Shown here: positions 20,251 to 32,267 of the stretch, piece by piece
How the letters are laid out: every line of letters begins with the position of its first letter
Position numbering within the stretch: the stretch's first letter is position 1
Program-made: the position numbers and the translations under genes
Assembly (NCBI GenBank): GCA_963847705.1
Contig: CAWKBC010000017.1
Coordinates: forward strand, 32,001 to 96,000
Length of the DNA: 64,000 bases
Source: an uncultured Pseudomonadota bacterium
Lineage (GTDB): Bacteria > Myxococcota_A > Polyangia > Fen-1088
Reading direction: 5' to 3'
Notes under the pieces: generated by a model
What the model saw: the letters and a program-made list of their open reading frames with translations, nothing else
The model's database searches: none
Told to the model about the DNA's origin: nothing

Positions 20251-21908
20251 CCGAGCTCCTGGCGCCAGCGGCGGGAGACCGCCACGGCGTCGCGGTAGCT
20301 GGCGAGCTCTCGCTCCTGGCGCGCGTCGTCCCAACCGAGCTCCGCGGCGGCCAGCGTCGCCGCCTGCGCGGCCACGCCGAGCCCCTGATCGGCGGCGTCG
20401 CGAAAGAGGGGGACGCGGCGGACGAGAAGGTCGGTGAGCGCGCGGGCGTGCTCGTGACGGGCCGCGTGCACGAGCTCGGCCCAGAGATAGGGGAGGGCGG
20501 GATCGATCCGCGCATCGAGCTGGGGCGACTCGGCGGCGATCGCCAGCACCCGATCGGCGTGCCTGCCGTAGGCATCGCCGAGGCGGGTGGTCACGTCGGA
20601 AGGGAGCGCCGGCGCGGTGAGCGCGTCGGGCAGCGGCCCCGAGCCGGGGAGAGGCCGGGTGGCGGTCGTGCAAGGCGCGAAGGGCCGTTCGACGCCGGCG
20701 GCGCGCAGGGTCTCGACGGCCAGGTCGACGGTCTCCTCGGCCATCCGGCGCAGCGTGGTCAGCTTGCCGCCGGCGACGACGACGATCCCGTCGGTGGTGC
20801 GCGAGATCTCGTGCTCGCGCGAGGTCTCGGAGGGGGTGTGCGCGTTGCCGGCCAAGAGGGGGCGCAGGCCGGCATAGGTCGACACGACGTCGTCGGGGCC
20901 GAGGCCGAGGGCCGGAAAGGCGTGGCGCGCGGCCTCGAGGAGATAGCTGACGTCGGCGCCGCGGGCGCGGATCTCGTCGCCGACCCGCGGGCCCCGTCCG
21001 GACGACGACGCGGCGGGGGTGAAGTCGGTGTCGGTGGTTCCGACGATGGTGCGCGGCCCGGCGGGCAGGACGAAGTAAAGGCGGTTGTCCTGGGGCGTGC
21101 GGAGCACCAGCGCGCGCCCGCCATGCGGGACACGCGCGGCGTCGAAGACCAGGTGCACCCCCAGCGTGGGGCGCAGGCGACGCCCGCCGGTGAGGAAGCC
21201 GTCGGTGAAGGGGCCGGTGGCGCTGACGACGAGGCGGGCCTGGATCTCGGCGCGGGCGCCGGTCTCGCCGTCGACGACCAGGGCGCCCCGTGCGCGGCCG
21301 CGGCGATCGCGGGCGATCCGTTCGACGGCCAGGTGGTTGGCGGCCGCGGCGCCCGCGGCCTCGGCGTCGAGCACGTTCTCCAGCACCAGTCGGGCGTCGT
21401 CGGTCTGGCAGTCGACGTAGAGCTGCGCGCCTTCCAGGCCGGCGCTGCGCAGGTGGGGCGACAGGGCGTAGAGCGCGTGCGCGTCGAGGCGCCGGCTGGC
21501 CGCGGGGGGGCGCCAGAGCGCGAGCGCGTTGTAGAGCGCGATGCCGGCGCCCAGCGTGACGAGTCCGGGGCTCTCGCCACGGTAACCGGGGAAGACGAAC
21601 TCGATCGGCCGGCAAAGATGCGGCGCGGTCGACATGAGGCGCCGCCGCTCGCGCAGCCCCTCGAACACCAGCGGCAGATCGCCGTACTGCAGGTAGCGCA
21701 GGCCGCCGTGGATCAGCTTCGAGGAGTGGCTGGAGGTCTGGCCGGCGAAGTCGCCGGCGTCGACCAGCGCGACCGAGAGGCCGCGCAGGGCGGCGTCGCG
21801 GGCGATCGCCGCGCCGGTGGCGCCGCCGCCAACGACGAGGAGGTCGAAGGGCTCGGAGGCGAGCCGCGCCAGGGTTGCCGCGCGCGTCGCGTCCGGGCCC
21901 ACGGTCAT
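20247..21908 (-). CDS. glpD: FAD-dependent glycerol-3-phosphate dehydrogenase
   Basis: VGGGATG, TSSHSSKLIHGGLRYL, DDARL, AGLRPL, GGKLTTLRRMAE. Confidence 0.93.
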   Translation of the reverse strand: MTVGPDATRAATLARLASEPFDLLVVGGGATGAAIARDAALRGLSVALVDAGDFAGQTSSHSSKLIHGGLRYLQYGDLPLVFEGLRERRRLMSTAPHLCRPIEFVFPGYRGESPGLVTLGAGIALYNALALWRPPAASRRLDAHALYALSPHLRSAGLEGAQLYVDCQTDDARLVLENVLDAEAAGAAAANHLAVERIARDRRGRARGALVVDGETGARAEIQARLVVSATGPFTDGFLTGGRRLRPTLGVHLVFDAARVPHGGRALVLRTPQDNRLYFVLPAGPRTIVGTTDTDFTPAASSSGRGPRVGDEIRARGADVSYLLEAARHAFPALGLGPDDVVSTYAGLRPLLAGNAHTPSETSREHEISRTTDGIVVVAGGKLTTLRRMAEETVDLAVETLRAAGVERPFAPCTTATRPLPGSGPLPDALTAPALPSDVTTRLGDAYGRHADRVLAIAAESPQLDARIDPALPYLWAELVHAARHEHARALTDLLVRRVPLFRDAADQGLGVAAQAATLAAAELGWDDARQERELASYRDAVAVSRRWRQELG

Positions 21909-21937
21909 TCTTGCGTCATCCTTTGGTCATCCCTGGC

Positions 21938-23734
<1,797 letters not shown>

Positions 23735-23792
23735 GGGGGGTAACTCTAGCCGCTCCCTTCTCCGCGCGCGAGTTCGTGTTAGCTTCTTATCG

Positions 23793-24752
23793 ATGCGCCT
23801 GCGCGTGCTGTACCACGGCAACTGCTTCGATGGATGCAGCTCCGCGGGGGTGTTCACCCGGTTTTATCGCGAGCGGATCGCCAAGGGCCCCCTGGAGGTT
23901 CTCTACCGGCCGCTGGAGCACAAGGGGGAGGCGCAGCCGTTCGCGGCCGACTACTTCGACGGCGACGAGAACGCCTGCGTCGACTTTCGCTACTCCCAGG
24001 ACCCGCGCCTCACCTGGTGGTTCGACCACCACGCCTCGGCGTTCCAGCTGCCCGGCGACGAGGACCACTTCCGCGCCGACGCCACCGGCCGCAAGTTCTA
24101 CGATCCCAAGGCCAAGAGCTGCACCAAGTTCCTGGCCGACACCGTGGCCGCCAAGTTCGGCTTCGACGCGGCGCCGCTCGCCGAGCTGATTCACTGGGCC
24201 GAGATCATCGACGGCGCGCTCTTCCCCGACGCCAAGATGGCGGTCGAGCTGAAGGAGCCGGCGCTGCGTCTGATGACCTTCATCGAGAACAACCGGGATC
24301 CAGCGCTGGCGGAGAGGTTCATCGGCGATCTCATCAGCCGGCCGCTGGGGGAGATCGCCGCCGATCCCTACGTGACCGGTCCGCTCGGGATCCTGCTCGA
24401 ACAGCACCAGCGCAACATCGAGGCCGTTCGCGGCGCCGCCAGGCTGGAAAAGGGCGTGGTCTTCTACGACCTGGCTGACCGCGAGACCGGCCCCTTCAAC
24501 AAGTTCATCGCCTACTACCTTTTCCCCGAGGCGCGGTACTCGGTCGCCCTGACCTCATCGTCCTCGCGGGCCAAGATCTCCGTCGGATCGAATCCCTGGG
24601 CCCCCACGCCGCGCACGCACGAGATCAACAAGATCTGCGAGCGCTACGGCGGCGGCGGTCACCCCGTCGTCGGCGCCATCTCCATCCCCCGCGGCGAAGT
24701 GGCGCGCGCCCGCCAGATCTTCCACGACGTGGTCGCCGAGCTGCAGAACTAG
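23793..24752 (+). CDS. DHH-family phosphoesterase
   Basis: YHGNCFDG, CVDF, FDHH and GGGGHP motifs. Confidence 0.85.
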   Translation: MRLRVLYHGNCFDGCSSAGVFTRFYRERIAKGPLEVLYRPLEHKGEAQPFAADYFDGDENACVDFRYSQDPRLTWWFDHHASAFQLPGDEDHFRADATGRKFYDPKAKSCTKFLADTVAAKFGFDAAPLAELIHWAEIIDGALFPDAKMAVELKEPALRLMTFIENNRDPALAERFIGDLISRPLGEIAADPYVTGPLGILLEQHQRNIEAVRGAARLEKGVVFYDLADRETGPFNKFIAYYLFPEARYSVALTSSSSRAKISVGSNPWAPTPRTHEINKICERYGGGGHPVVGAISIPRGEVARARQIFHDVVAELQN

Positions 24753-24754
24753 GT

Positions 24755-27361
24755 CTATCTCCTCACTGGGCGCGCGCCGCGTGAGCGGCGGCGGGCGATG
24801 GGCCGGGGGCGCTTGGTCTTGGTTGGCGGTGGGCTCTGCGCGGATGGGGGACCGAGCCGGGCCTCGAGGCGGTCCATCCGCTCGCGCAGCTTGGCGGTCT
24901 CGCCGCGCAGGCGCTGGACCTCGTCGTGCAGCCGGCGCGCCTCCTCGGCGGGGCGGGCGCCGTCTTCCAGATCGCGGATCGCTTCGTTCATCCGCCGCTT
25001 GGTGCGGCCGTCGAGCTCGCCGCCGAGCGCGCTGCGGATGGCGGGGATGGCGTCGACCAGGCCGAGCCGCCCCAGCGCCATGGCCGCCTCGGTGCGGACG
25101 CGGAAGTCGCCGTCGCGCAGCCGCTCTTCGATGGCCTCGCGCGCCGCGCGGCCGAGGCCGGTGCCGCGCGCCAGCTCGGCCAGCGCGGCCACCACCGCCC
25201 GCCGGGCCGGGAAGGGCGCGCCGGCGCGCCAGGCGCTGCGAATCAGCGGGAAGGCCCGCTCGTCGCCGGTCTTGCCGAGCCCCTCGATGGCCCGGCTGGC
25301 GATCACAGCCTGGAACGAAGGGCGATCGACCAGCGGCGGGAGCAGCTCGACGGCCAGCGGCGAGCGCGTGCGCCCCAGGGAGAGGGCCACCTCGGCCTCG
25401 ACGAAGACGCTGCGATCGCCGGCCTGCAACTTCGCCGCGAGCGCGCGCCCGGCGGTCTCGTCGCCGGTGAGCTCGCCGAGGCCGGCGGCCACCGCCCTCC
25501 GCACCCGCGGCTCCGGCGCCTCCATCGCGGCGATCAAGGCGTCGCGCGCCTCGTCGCGCCGGGTGCGGCCGAGCGCGCGGGCCGCGGCGGCCCGAACGCC
25601 CCAGAAGGGATCGTCGCCCAGCGCGGCGATGAGCGCGGTGATGTTGGCCGGGTCGGGCAGATCGGCGAGCGCCCGTGCCGCCAGAACCCGATCGATGCCC
25701 AGCTCGGCGGCGGTGAGCTGCCGGCGCCAGAGCGCGGCGTTCTTGTCGAGCTTGATGGTCTTGAGCAGCACGTCGCCCGGGTCGAAGATCACCTGCGTCG
25801 GTCGGGCGGGCAGCCTGAACTCGAAGTTGTGCGTCGCTTCGCGGACGCTCACCTGCTCGTCGCGCAGGCCGCCGTCGAGCTCGAAGCGGACGGTCGCGGA
25901 AAACCCGAACAGCGGTGTCTCTGGCGTGACCTCCTGCTTCTGGGCCAGGGCCAGCGTGCCGACCTTGCGCTCCTCATCCCAGCTCCAGCGGCCTTCCAGC
26001 ACCGGATGACCGGGGCGCGCGATCCAGCGGTCGAGCATCTGCTCGACCCCGCGCCCGGTGACCTCCTCGATCGCCCGCGCCAGATCGCGCGTCTCGACCG
26101 ACCCCCGGGCGTGCTTGCGGGCGTAGTGGCCGATGGCGCGCCAGAACGGCCCGTCGCCCAGCTCGTGCCGGAGCATGTGCAGCACGCGCCCCCCCTTTTC
26201 GTAGAGGTGGGCATCGAAGAGATGAATCGGCTCGTCGTATTGCCGGCAGACCACCGGCCGCTGGTAGCGCCCGGCCTCGGCCAGGTAACCGTCGGTGTCG
26301 ACGAGCAACTCGTGGTCCGCCTCGTCGCGCCCCTTGGCGTGCTCACGCCAGACGTACTCGAAGTAGGTGGCGAAGCCTTCGTTCAGCCAGGCCTCGGACC
26401 ACTCGCGGCAGGTGAGCAGATCGCCCCACCACTGGTGCGCCAGCTCGTGCGAGACCAGGCCGTCGACGTCGTGATCGAGCGCGGCCCGCTCGTCGAGCAA
26501 CGTCAGATCGGTGAGCGTGGTGGCGCTGGTGTTCTCCATCCCACCGAAGATGAACTCCGGGACGGTGATCTGGCTGTAGCGCGCGTGCGGGTAGGGCAGG
26601 CCAATCTTCTCGGAGAAGTGGTCGATCATGGCGCCGGTGCGGGCGAAGCTGCGGCGGGCGTCGGCCTCGCGCCCCGGCGCACAGAAGGCGTAGACGTCGA
26701 CGCCGGTCTTCTCGGCACGGTCGCGGAGCTCGGCGAAAGGGCCGACCACCAGCGTGAGCAGGTAGGCCGGCTGCGGGAGCGTGAGCGCGTAGTGCCAGCG
26801 GGTGGCGGCCCGGTCTGGAGGCCCCGGCAGGTCGGTCCGCTCGCGCAGGTCCCCGTTCGACAGCACGAACGCTCCGGCGGGCGCCGTGCAGATCACCTCG
26901 GTGGTGAACTTCTCGATCGGCTGATCGAGGCAGGGCCAGAAGTAGCGGGCGTCGTCGTCCTGCCCCTGCGTCCAGCACTGCGGCGCGCGCTCGGGGTGGC
27001 TGGCGTCGGGGCCCACGAAGTAGAGCCCCCGGCGCGGCCGGCAGGCGTAGCGGACGGCGACCTCGAACGTCTCGTTCTCGGCCGGCGGCTCCGCCAGCGT
27101 CACCTGCAGCGACTGGCCGTCGTTGATGAAGGCGGCCGCGTGCTTCCCGACCGTCACCCGCTCGACGTCGAGCTCGACGGCGTCGAAGCTGACCGACGTC
27201 AGCCCCTCACGGCGGGCGGCGACGGTCAGGGTGGCCGTTCCGGAGAGGCGCTTGGCCGCCAGATCGATCTCCCACTCCAGGCGGACGTGCTCGAGGCGGA
27301 CCGGCCAATCGCCGACGAAGTTCGTGCGCGTCCCCGGCGGTGCAAAGGGGCGAGGGGGCAT
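24755..27361 (-). CDS. pepN: M1 family aminopeptidase with HEAT repeats and C-terminal coiled coil
   Basis: GGMEN, HELAHQWWG...WLNEGFA, YEKG; repeated VRAAAARALG-type HEAT units. Confidence 0.9.
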   Translation of the reverse strand: MPPRPFAPPGTRTNFVGDWPVRLEHVRLEWEIDLAAKRLSGTATLTVAARREGLTSVSFDAVELDVERVTVGKHAAAFINDGQSLQVTLAEPPAENETFEVAVRYACRPRRGLYFVGPDASHPERAPQCWTQGQDDDARYFWPCLDQPIEKFTTEVICTAPAGAFVLSNGDLRERTDLPGPPDRAATRWHYALTLPQPAYLLTLVVGPFAELRDRAEKTGVDVYAFCAPGREADARRSFARTGAMIDHFSEKIGLPYPHARYSQITVPEFIFGGMENTSATTLTDLTLLDERAALDHDVDGLVSHELAHQWWGDLLTCREWSEAWLNEGFATYFEYVWREHAKGRDEADHELLVDTDGYLAEAGRYQRPVVCRQYDEPIHLFDAHLYEKGGRVLHMLRHELGDGPFWRAIGHYARKHARGSVETRDLARAIEEVTGRGVEQMLDRWIARPGHPVLEGRWSWDEERKVGTLALAQKQEVTPETPLFGFSATVRFELDGGLRDEQVSVREATHNFEFRLPARPTQVIFDPGDVLLKTIKLDKNAALWRRQLTAAELGIDRVLAARALADLPDPANITALIAALGDDPFWGVRAAAARALGRTRRDEARDALIAAMEAPEPRVRRAVAAGLGELTGDETAGRALAAKLQAGDRSVFVEAEVALSLGRTRSPLAVELLPPLVDRPSFQAVIASRAIEGLGKTGDERAFPLIRSAWRAGAPFPARRAVVAALAELARGTGLGRAAREAIEERLRDGDFRVRTEAAMALGRLGLVDAIPAIRSALGGELDGRTKRRMNEAIRDLEDGARPAEEARRLHDEVQRLRGETAKLRERMDRLEARLGPPSAQSPPPTKTKRPRPIARRRSRGARPVRR

Positions 27362-27414
27362 GGGCGCGCAAACTTAAGCGGCGCGGTCGCCCAAGGTCAA
27401 CAGCGCAGGGACGT

Positions 27415-27601
27415 CAACGACACGGGAACCCTGGGAGGGTTCCTGCGACCTGCCGCGACGAGGTCGGTCGAGCGGCGCTCGCCCGCCAACGACACAGGAA
27501 CCCTGGGAGGGTTCCTGCGACCTGCCGCGACGAGGTCGGTCGAGCGGCGCTCGACCGCCAACAGCACAGGAACCCTGGGAGGGTTCCTGCGACCTCCCGC
27601 G
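27415..27601. repeat. Tandem array of about 2.5 copies of a 72-bp palindromic unit
   Basis: Units start at 27415, 27487, 27559; inverted repeats GGAACCCT-GGG-AGGGTTCC and GGTCGAGC-GGC-GCTCGACC. Confidence 0.95.
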
Positions 27602-27654
27602 CTCAACTGGAACTGCTTGGCGTCATGGGGGCGGCGTGGTGAAATCGTCGCCCC

Positions 27655-28146
27655 ATGAGCGGACGCGAGCCGGTTCACAAGCGGTACCTCCTGACCCGCG
27701 CGAAGCCAGCGGAGGCCTACAACGTGGTCACCGACTTCGCCGCCTATCCGAGCCTCTTCCCCGAGATCAAGGGGACCAGGGTGCTGGGCGCCGGGCCGCC
27801 GCCGGCCGAAGGCAAGTCGGTGACCCGGGTCGAGTTTCGCGCCCAGGTGGTGCTGCCGGTGCGTTACGTCCTGGATCTGACCTGCGATCCGGTGGCGCAC
27901 ACGGTCGACTGGACCTTCGTCGAGGGGGAGATCATCACCAACTCGCTCGGCAGCTGGCGCTTTTCCCCCGAGGGGGAGGCGACGGCGATCGACTACCGGG
28001 TCGCGCTCGACGTGAAGGCGCCGGTGCCGGGGTTCGTGCTGCGCAAGGTGACCGACGGGCTGGTGGCGGCCTCGATCCCCAGCATGTTCTCGGCCATCGA
28101 GCGCGAGGTCCGCAAGCGCCAGACCTCTCACCCCCTGGACACGTAG
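27655..28146 (+). CDS. SRPBCC/START (polyketide cyclase-like) protein
   Basis: [15 protein letters not shown]...GSWRF...YRVALD pattern. Confidence 0.82.
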   Translation: MSGREPVHKRYLLTRAKPAEAYNVVTDFAAYPSLFPEIKGTRVLGAGPPPAEGKSVTRVEFRAQVVLPVRYVLDLTCDPVAHTVDWTFVEGEIITNSLGSWRFSPEGEATAIDYRVALDVKAPVPGFVLRKVTDGLVAASIPSMFSAIEREVRKRQTSHPLDT

Positions 28147-28733
28147 GGATCGCCGCGCACGTAAAAGCGCAGCTTGCGCGCCGCCCAGGCGCCGGCATAG
28201 GCGACGCCGATGCGCGCCGAGGTCGCCCGGCGCGGGGGGGGCGCGCCGTCGTCGGCGAGGTAGAAGTCAGCGCCCGCGGTGAGATCGAGCCCGTTGTCCC
28301 GGCGGGTGATCTCCAGGCCCGCGCATAACTTGCCCGGCCCGGTGAGCGGTCGCTTGAGATCCGGAACGCCGGCCACCGGCGCCGCGGCGCGCAGCAGGAC
28401 CGCACCGGCGACACCGTCGGTCTCGGTGACGACGTTCATGCAGTTGTGCATGCCGTAGATCAGGTAGACGTACAGGAACCCGGGCGGGCCGAACATGATC
28501 GCGGCGCGCGGGGTGGGGCCGCGGCGGGCGTGCGAGGCGGCGTCTCGCACGCCCAGATAGGCCTCCACCTCGACGATGCGCGCCACCCGCAACGCGCCGG
28601 TCTTGTCGGGCGGATGCCGCACCAGCAGCTTGCCCAGCAGCGCGTGCGCGACCTCGATCGTCGGCCGCGCGTAGAACGCCCGCGGCAGCGGCGGCAGCGA
28701 GGCCAGGGGCGACAACCGGTGCGCCTCAGTCAC
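28128..28733 (-). CDS. mpg: DNA-3-methyladenine glycosylase (MPG/AAG family)
   Basis: [35 protein letters not shown]. Confidence 0.92.
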   Translation of the reverse strand: MTEAHRLSPLASLPPLPRAFYARPTIEVAHALLGKLLVRHPPDKTGALRVARIVEVEAYLGVRDAASHARRGPTPRAAIMFGPPGFLYVYLIYGMHNCMNVVTETDGVAGAVLLRAAAPVAGVPDLKRPLTGPGKLCAGLEITRRDNGLDLTAGADFYLADDGAPPPRRATSARIGVAYAGAWAARKLRFYVRGDPYVSRG

Positions 28734-29460
28734 CGAGCAGCAGCCGTTGCCGGTTCACGCCGTCGAGCAGCTTGCCGAACCGCCCGTCGGACTCGCAGGC
28801 GGCCAGCAACCCGGCCGCCGCGTGCCGGTAGCCGTCGCGATCGAGATCCCCCGCCACCAGCCGGAAGCGCAGGAACAGGAAGGCCGTCTGCGCCACGTCC
28901 GACAGACAGTAGCGCCGCAGCGCCTCGATCTGCCCGGCGTGGAACAGCCCCTCGACCTGGCTGCCGTCGACGCCGTCCTTGCCCGGCAGCCCGATGATGC
29001 GCGCCGCGCCGTCGAGCGAGGTCATCCTCGCCGCGCCGTGGTCGGAGATCACGTCGCACAGATCGAGGTGCCCCTCCTCGCTGAAGCGATAGCGGTAGCC
29101 CTCGCCGCGGTAGTACCAGCGAAAGTCGAGGCCGAAGCGCAGCGCGCGCAGGGCCAGCACCGGCAGGTCGAAGCCGCGCCCGTTCCAGGTGATCACCTGC
29201 GGGCGGTACTTGGTCATGAACTCGGCGAAGTCGGCCATCATGCCGGCCTCGTCCTTCGACTCGCCGATGGTGCCGATTCGCTTGACCGCCAGCGTGGCGT
29301 CCAGCCACATCACGCCGAGGACGACCGGCCGGCAGGCGTAGAGCGGCGGGAACGGTCGGTCGACGGCGCCGGGGACGCCGGCCGGCTCGGGCGGGTCCCA
29401 CAGCTCACGGTCGGGGATGGTCTCGATGTCGAGCACGAGATAGCTGATGTCGGTCGTCAC
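28726..29460 (-). CDS. Stand-alone PolB-like (DEDDy) 3'-5' exonuclease
   Basis: LDIET (ExoI), WNGRGFDLP (ExoII), HLDL, YCLSDV (ExoIII). Confidence 0.87.
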   Translation of the reverse strand: MTTDISYLVLDIETIPDRELWDPPEPAGVPGAVDRPFPPLYACRPVVLGVMWLDATLAVKRIGTIGESKDEAGMMADFAEFMTKYRPQVITWNGRGFDLPVLALRALRFGLDFRWYYRGEGYRYRFSEEGHLDLCDVISDHGAARMTSLDGAARIIGLPGKDGVDGSQVEGLFHAGQIEALRRYCLSDVAQTAFLFLRFRLVAGDLDRDGYRHAAAGLLAACESDGRFGKLLDGVNRQRLLLGD

Positions 29461-29608
29461 GCGCCGCAGTCTAGGAGGGCGTCGCCGAAAAGGCGACGGT
29501 GAGCGAAGCGAGCCACCGACATTGGCCCGACCACGTGCCGCCCGACAGGCGGCCCGGCGTGCGCGCGGGCATTCGTGGATGTGGGCGGTCGTGATAAAAG
29601 CCTGGGCC

Positions 29609-29851
29609 ATGGCTTCCCTAGGTCGCCTTCGCTTGCTGGTGGTGGCCGCGCTGGCCGCCGCTGGGGTCGCTGGTTGTGCCCATCCGCCTCCGCCGCCCGT
29701 TCAGCCGTGGCAGCGTGAGTACCTGGCCCGGCGGGCGCTCCGTTTCGACGCCGATCCGCTCGAGGATCACTTCCGGCAACACTGGTACGGCGCGCGCGAA
29801 GGGGCGGACCTCGGCTTCGGTCAACCCGGCGGCGGCTGCGGCTGCAATTGA
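29609..29851 (+). CDS. DUF4266 family lipoprotein
   Basis: VAGC lipobox, VQPWQREYLA, C-terminal GGGCGCN. Confidence 0.88.
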   Translation: MASLGRLRLLVVAALAAAGVAGCAHPPPPPVQPWQREYLARRALRFDADPLEDHFRQHWYGAREGADLGFGQPGGGCGCN

Positions 29852-30996
29852 AGCGCGCCGCGCCCTGCCTGCTCGCCCTCGCGGGCGCACTGCTCTCGCG
29901 CTCGACCGTGCGCGCGGAGGATCGGGTCACCATCCGCGGCGCCTACTACCGCGAGCCCTCGACGCGCGTCATCCAGCCGGTCGTGGAGATCACCAAGGAT
30001 CTGCCGCAAGGCTTCGACCTCAACGTGCACTATCTGGTCGACGCCATCACCTCTGCCTCCGCCGCCGCCGGAACCTCGGTCGACAGCATCTTCACCGAGC
30101 TCCGGAGCGAGGTCGGGATCGGGGTCGGCAAGACCTGGGACCGGACCCGGGCCACCTTGAGCTACAAGTACAGCGCCGAGTCCGACTACTGGTCGCACGC
30201 TTTTTGGGCCTCGCTGAGCCACACCTTTTGGGGCAACACCGCGACCGTGGGCGCTTTCGGAGGGTTCAGCCTGGACTCGGTCGGATTCCGCACCCGAACG
30301 CCGACCTGTCTGGCGGCGGACGGATTTTCCTGCCCGCTCGACTCCGGGTTCGGCGGCGTCGGGTACACGCAGGTCCTGTCTCCGGTGGCCCTCGCGCAGA
30401 TCAATCTCGACGGCGCCTACCTCAACGGCTTCCTGTCCAACCCCTACCGCCAGGTGGCGGGCATCGGGTACGAGGTCTTTCCCGACCAGCGCCTGCGGAG
30501 CGCGGTCTCCGTGCGGGCGGCGTACTATTTTCCGGAGGTCGAGACCGGTCTGCAGATTCAGTACCGCTACTACCGCGACTTCTATCCGGGCGGGTACCCG
30601 ACGGGCGTGACCAGGGATCCCTGGGGCCTGTCGGCCAACATGGTGGAGGGGCGGATCTATCACCAGCTGAGCCGCGACCTGGAGGTGCGGTTCCTCTATC
30701 GCCAGTACTTCCAGCAACCCCCGGCGTTCTGGTGCGACGTCCCGGCCAACGCAGGCTGTTCCCCGATGTCGACCCCCGTGTCGCCCATGTACGTCTCATC
30801 CGACCCGGCGATCGGCCCGGTCCGAACGGAGTACCCGGAGGTCAAGCTGCTCTGGGAGGCCGCCGCCTGGGACTCGATCCCGTTCCTTCGCTGGTTCGCC
30901 GCCGGGACGTTCGAGATCTCCTACGGTCGCTACTTTCAGAACGACAGCTTCGGCGATGCGCACGTGCTCCAGACCGGTTACTCGATGCCATACTAG
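29848..30996 (+). CDS. DUF3570 family outer-membrane protein
   Basis: Signal peptide, VDAITSAS, ESDY, LSNPYR; overlaps the DUF4266 stop. Confidence 0.85.
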   Translation: MKRAAPCLLALAGALLSRSTVRAEDRVTIRGAYYREPSTRVIQPVVEITKDLPQGFDLNVHYLVDAITSASAAAGTSVDSIFTELRSEVGIGVGKTWDRTRATLSYKYSAESDYWSHAFWASLSHTFWGNTATVGAFGGFSLDSVGFRTRTPTCLAADGFSCPLDSGFGGVGYTQVLSPVALAQINLDGAYLNGFLSNPYRQVAGIGYEVFPDQRLRSAVSVRAAYYFPEVETGLQIQYRYYRDFYPGGYPTGVTRDPWGLSANMVEGRIYHQLSRDLEVRFLYRQYFQQPPAFWCDVPANAGCSPMSTPVSPMYVSSDPAIGPVRTEYPEVKLLWEAAAWDSIPFLRWFAAGTFEISYGRYFQNDSFGDAHVLQTGYSMPY

Positions 30997-31000
30997 CGCG

Positions 31001-31324
31001 ATGGCCCTCGAGGATCGGCTGACCCTCCGGCAGGTGCGGGCGGCGCGGCTTCGCGGGCGGGCCCGCAAGCGGGCCATCACCCAGGTGTTGCTGGGGTCGG
31101 TGTTTCTCATCGGCGCGTTGGCCTACGCGCGCGCCCCCGACCACCACGCTCAGGTCAACATCACCTGGATGGCCGCGCTGGTGGTGTTTTCGACGGCGGA
31201 CGTGGCCTTCGGCTTGCGGATGCTGGCCCGGCTGGCCCGGCGCTCGTCCGTCTGGTGGATCCTGGGCAGCGCCGCCTGGGGCGGCCTGGCGACCGCGCTC
31301 CTGGCCTTCCTCGTGCGAAGCTGA
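31001..31324 (+). CDS. Small hypothetical membrane protein
   Basis: Three hydrophobic segments; tightly packed in the operon. Confidence 0.7.
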   Translation: MALEDRLTLRQVRAARLRGRARKRAITQVLLGSVFLIGALAYARAPDHHAQVNITWMAALVVFSTADVAFGLRMLARLARRSSVWWILGSAAWGGLATALLAFLVRS

Positions 31325-31327
31325 CCC

Positions 31328-32230
31328 ATGGCCTCGGCGGCGGAGACGCGGACGGTGCTGATCACCGGCAGCTCGTCGGGCATCGGCCGTGCCGCCGCCG
31401 AGCGGTTCGCGGCGCGGGGCTGGCGCGTCTTCGCCAGCATGCGACGCCAGGTGGCCGGGGTCCCCTTGCTGGCGCTGGCCGTCGAGAAGGGGTGGAAGCT
31501 GACCACGCCGGCGCTCGACGTCACCCGGGACGACTCGGTGGCCGCGGCGGTGGGCGCGATCCTGGGCGAGACGGAGGGCCGGCTCGACGCGCTCGTCAAC
31601 AACGCCGGCTACTACGCCTGGGGCCCGCTCGAGGAGACGTCGCCCGACGAGCTGCGGGCCCAGCTCGAGACCAACGTGATTGGCGTCCACCGCGTCACGC
31701 GCGCGGTCCTGCCGGCGATGCGCGCCCGCCGCGCCGGCACGGTCGTCACCGTGGGGTCGATCTCGGGCCGCGTCGTGGTCCCCATCGCCGGCCCGTACCA
31801 CGCCTCGAAGTGGGCGCTCGAGGGGATGATCGAGGCCTGGCGGCTCGAGCTGGCGCCGTTCGGCGTGCGGGTGGCGCTGGTCGAGCCTGGCCCGTTCGCC
31901 ACCGCGCTGCACAGCAACGAGCAGTTCGCCGCCGCCAGCACCGCCGACGGCCCCTATGCCGGCCTGGTCGAGGCCTACCGCCGCCAGTCGGCGGGGCTGG
32001 CGCGTGCCCAGGATCTGACGCCGGTCATCGACGCCATCGAGCGGGCGGCGACCGCGGCCGACCCACGGCTGCGCTGGCCGGTCGGCCCCACCTCGTTTTC
32101 GGCCCGGCTGCGCCCCTTCGTACCGGATCGGCTCTACGAATGGATCATGCGGCTCGCGTTTCGGCCACGTGTCCTTCCGGCCAGCGCCAGAATCGATGAC
32201 GGAAACGCCGAGATCGGCGCCGATCCGTAG
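31328..32230 (+). CDS. Short-chain dehydrogenase/reductase
   Basis: TGSSSGIG, NNAG, YHASK, VEPG. Confidence 0.93.
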   Translation: MASAAETRTVLITGSSSGIGRAAAERFAARGWRVFASMRRQVAGVPLLALAVEKGWKLTTPALDVTRDDSVAAAVGAILGETEGRLDALVNNAGYYAWGPLEETSPDELRAQLETNVIGVHRVTRAVLPAMRARRAGTVVTVGSISGRVVVPIAGPYHASKWALEGMIEAWRLELAPFGVRVALVEPGPFATALHSNEQFAAASTADGPYAGLVEAYRRQSAGLARAQDLTPVIDAIERAATAADPRLRWPVGPTSFSARLRPFVPDRLYEWIMRLAFRPRVLPASARIDDGNAEIGADP

Positions 32231-32267
32231 CCGCACAGACCCCTCCTTGCGGCTATAATCGAACGTC

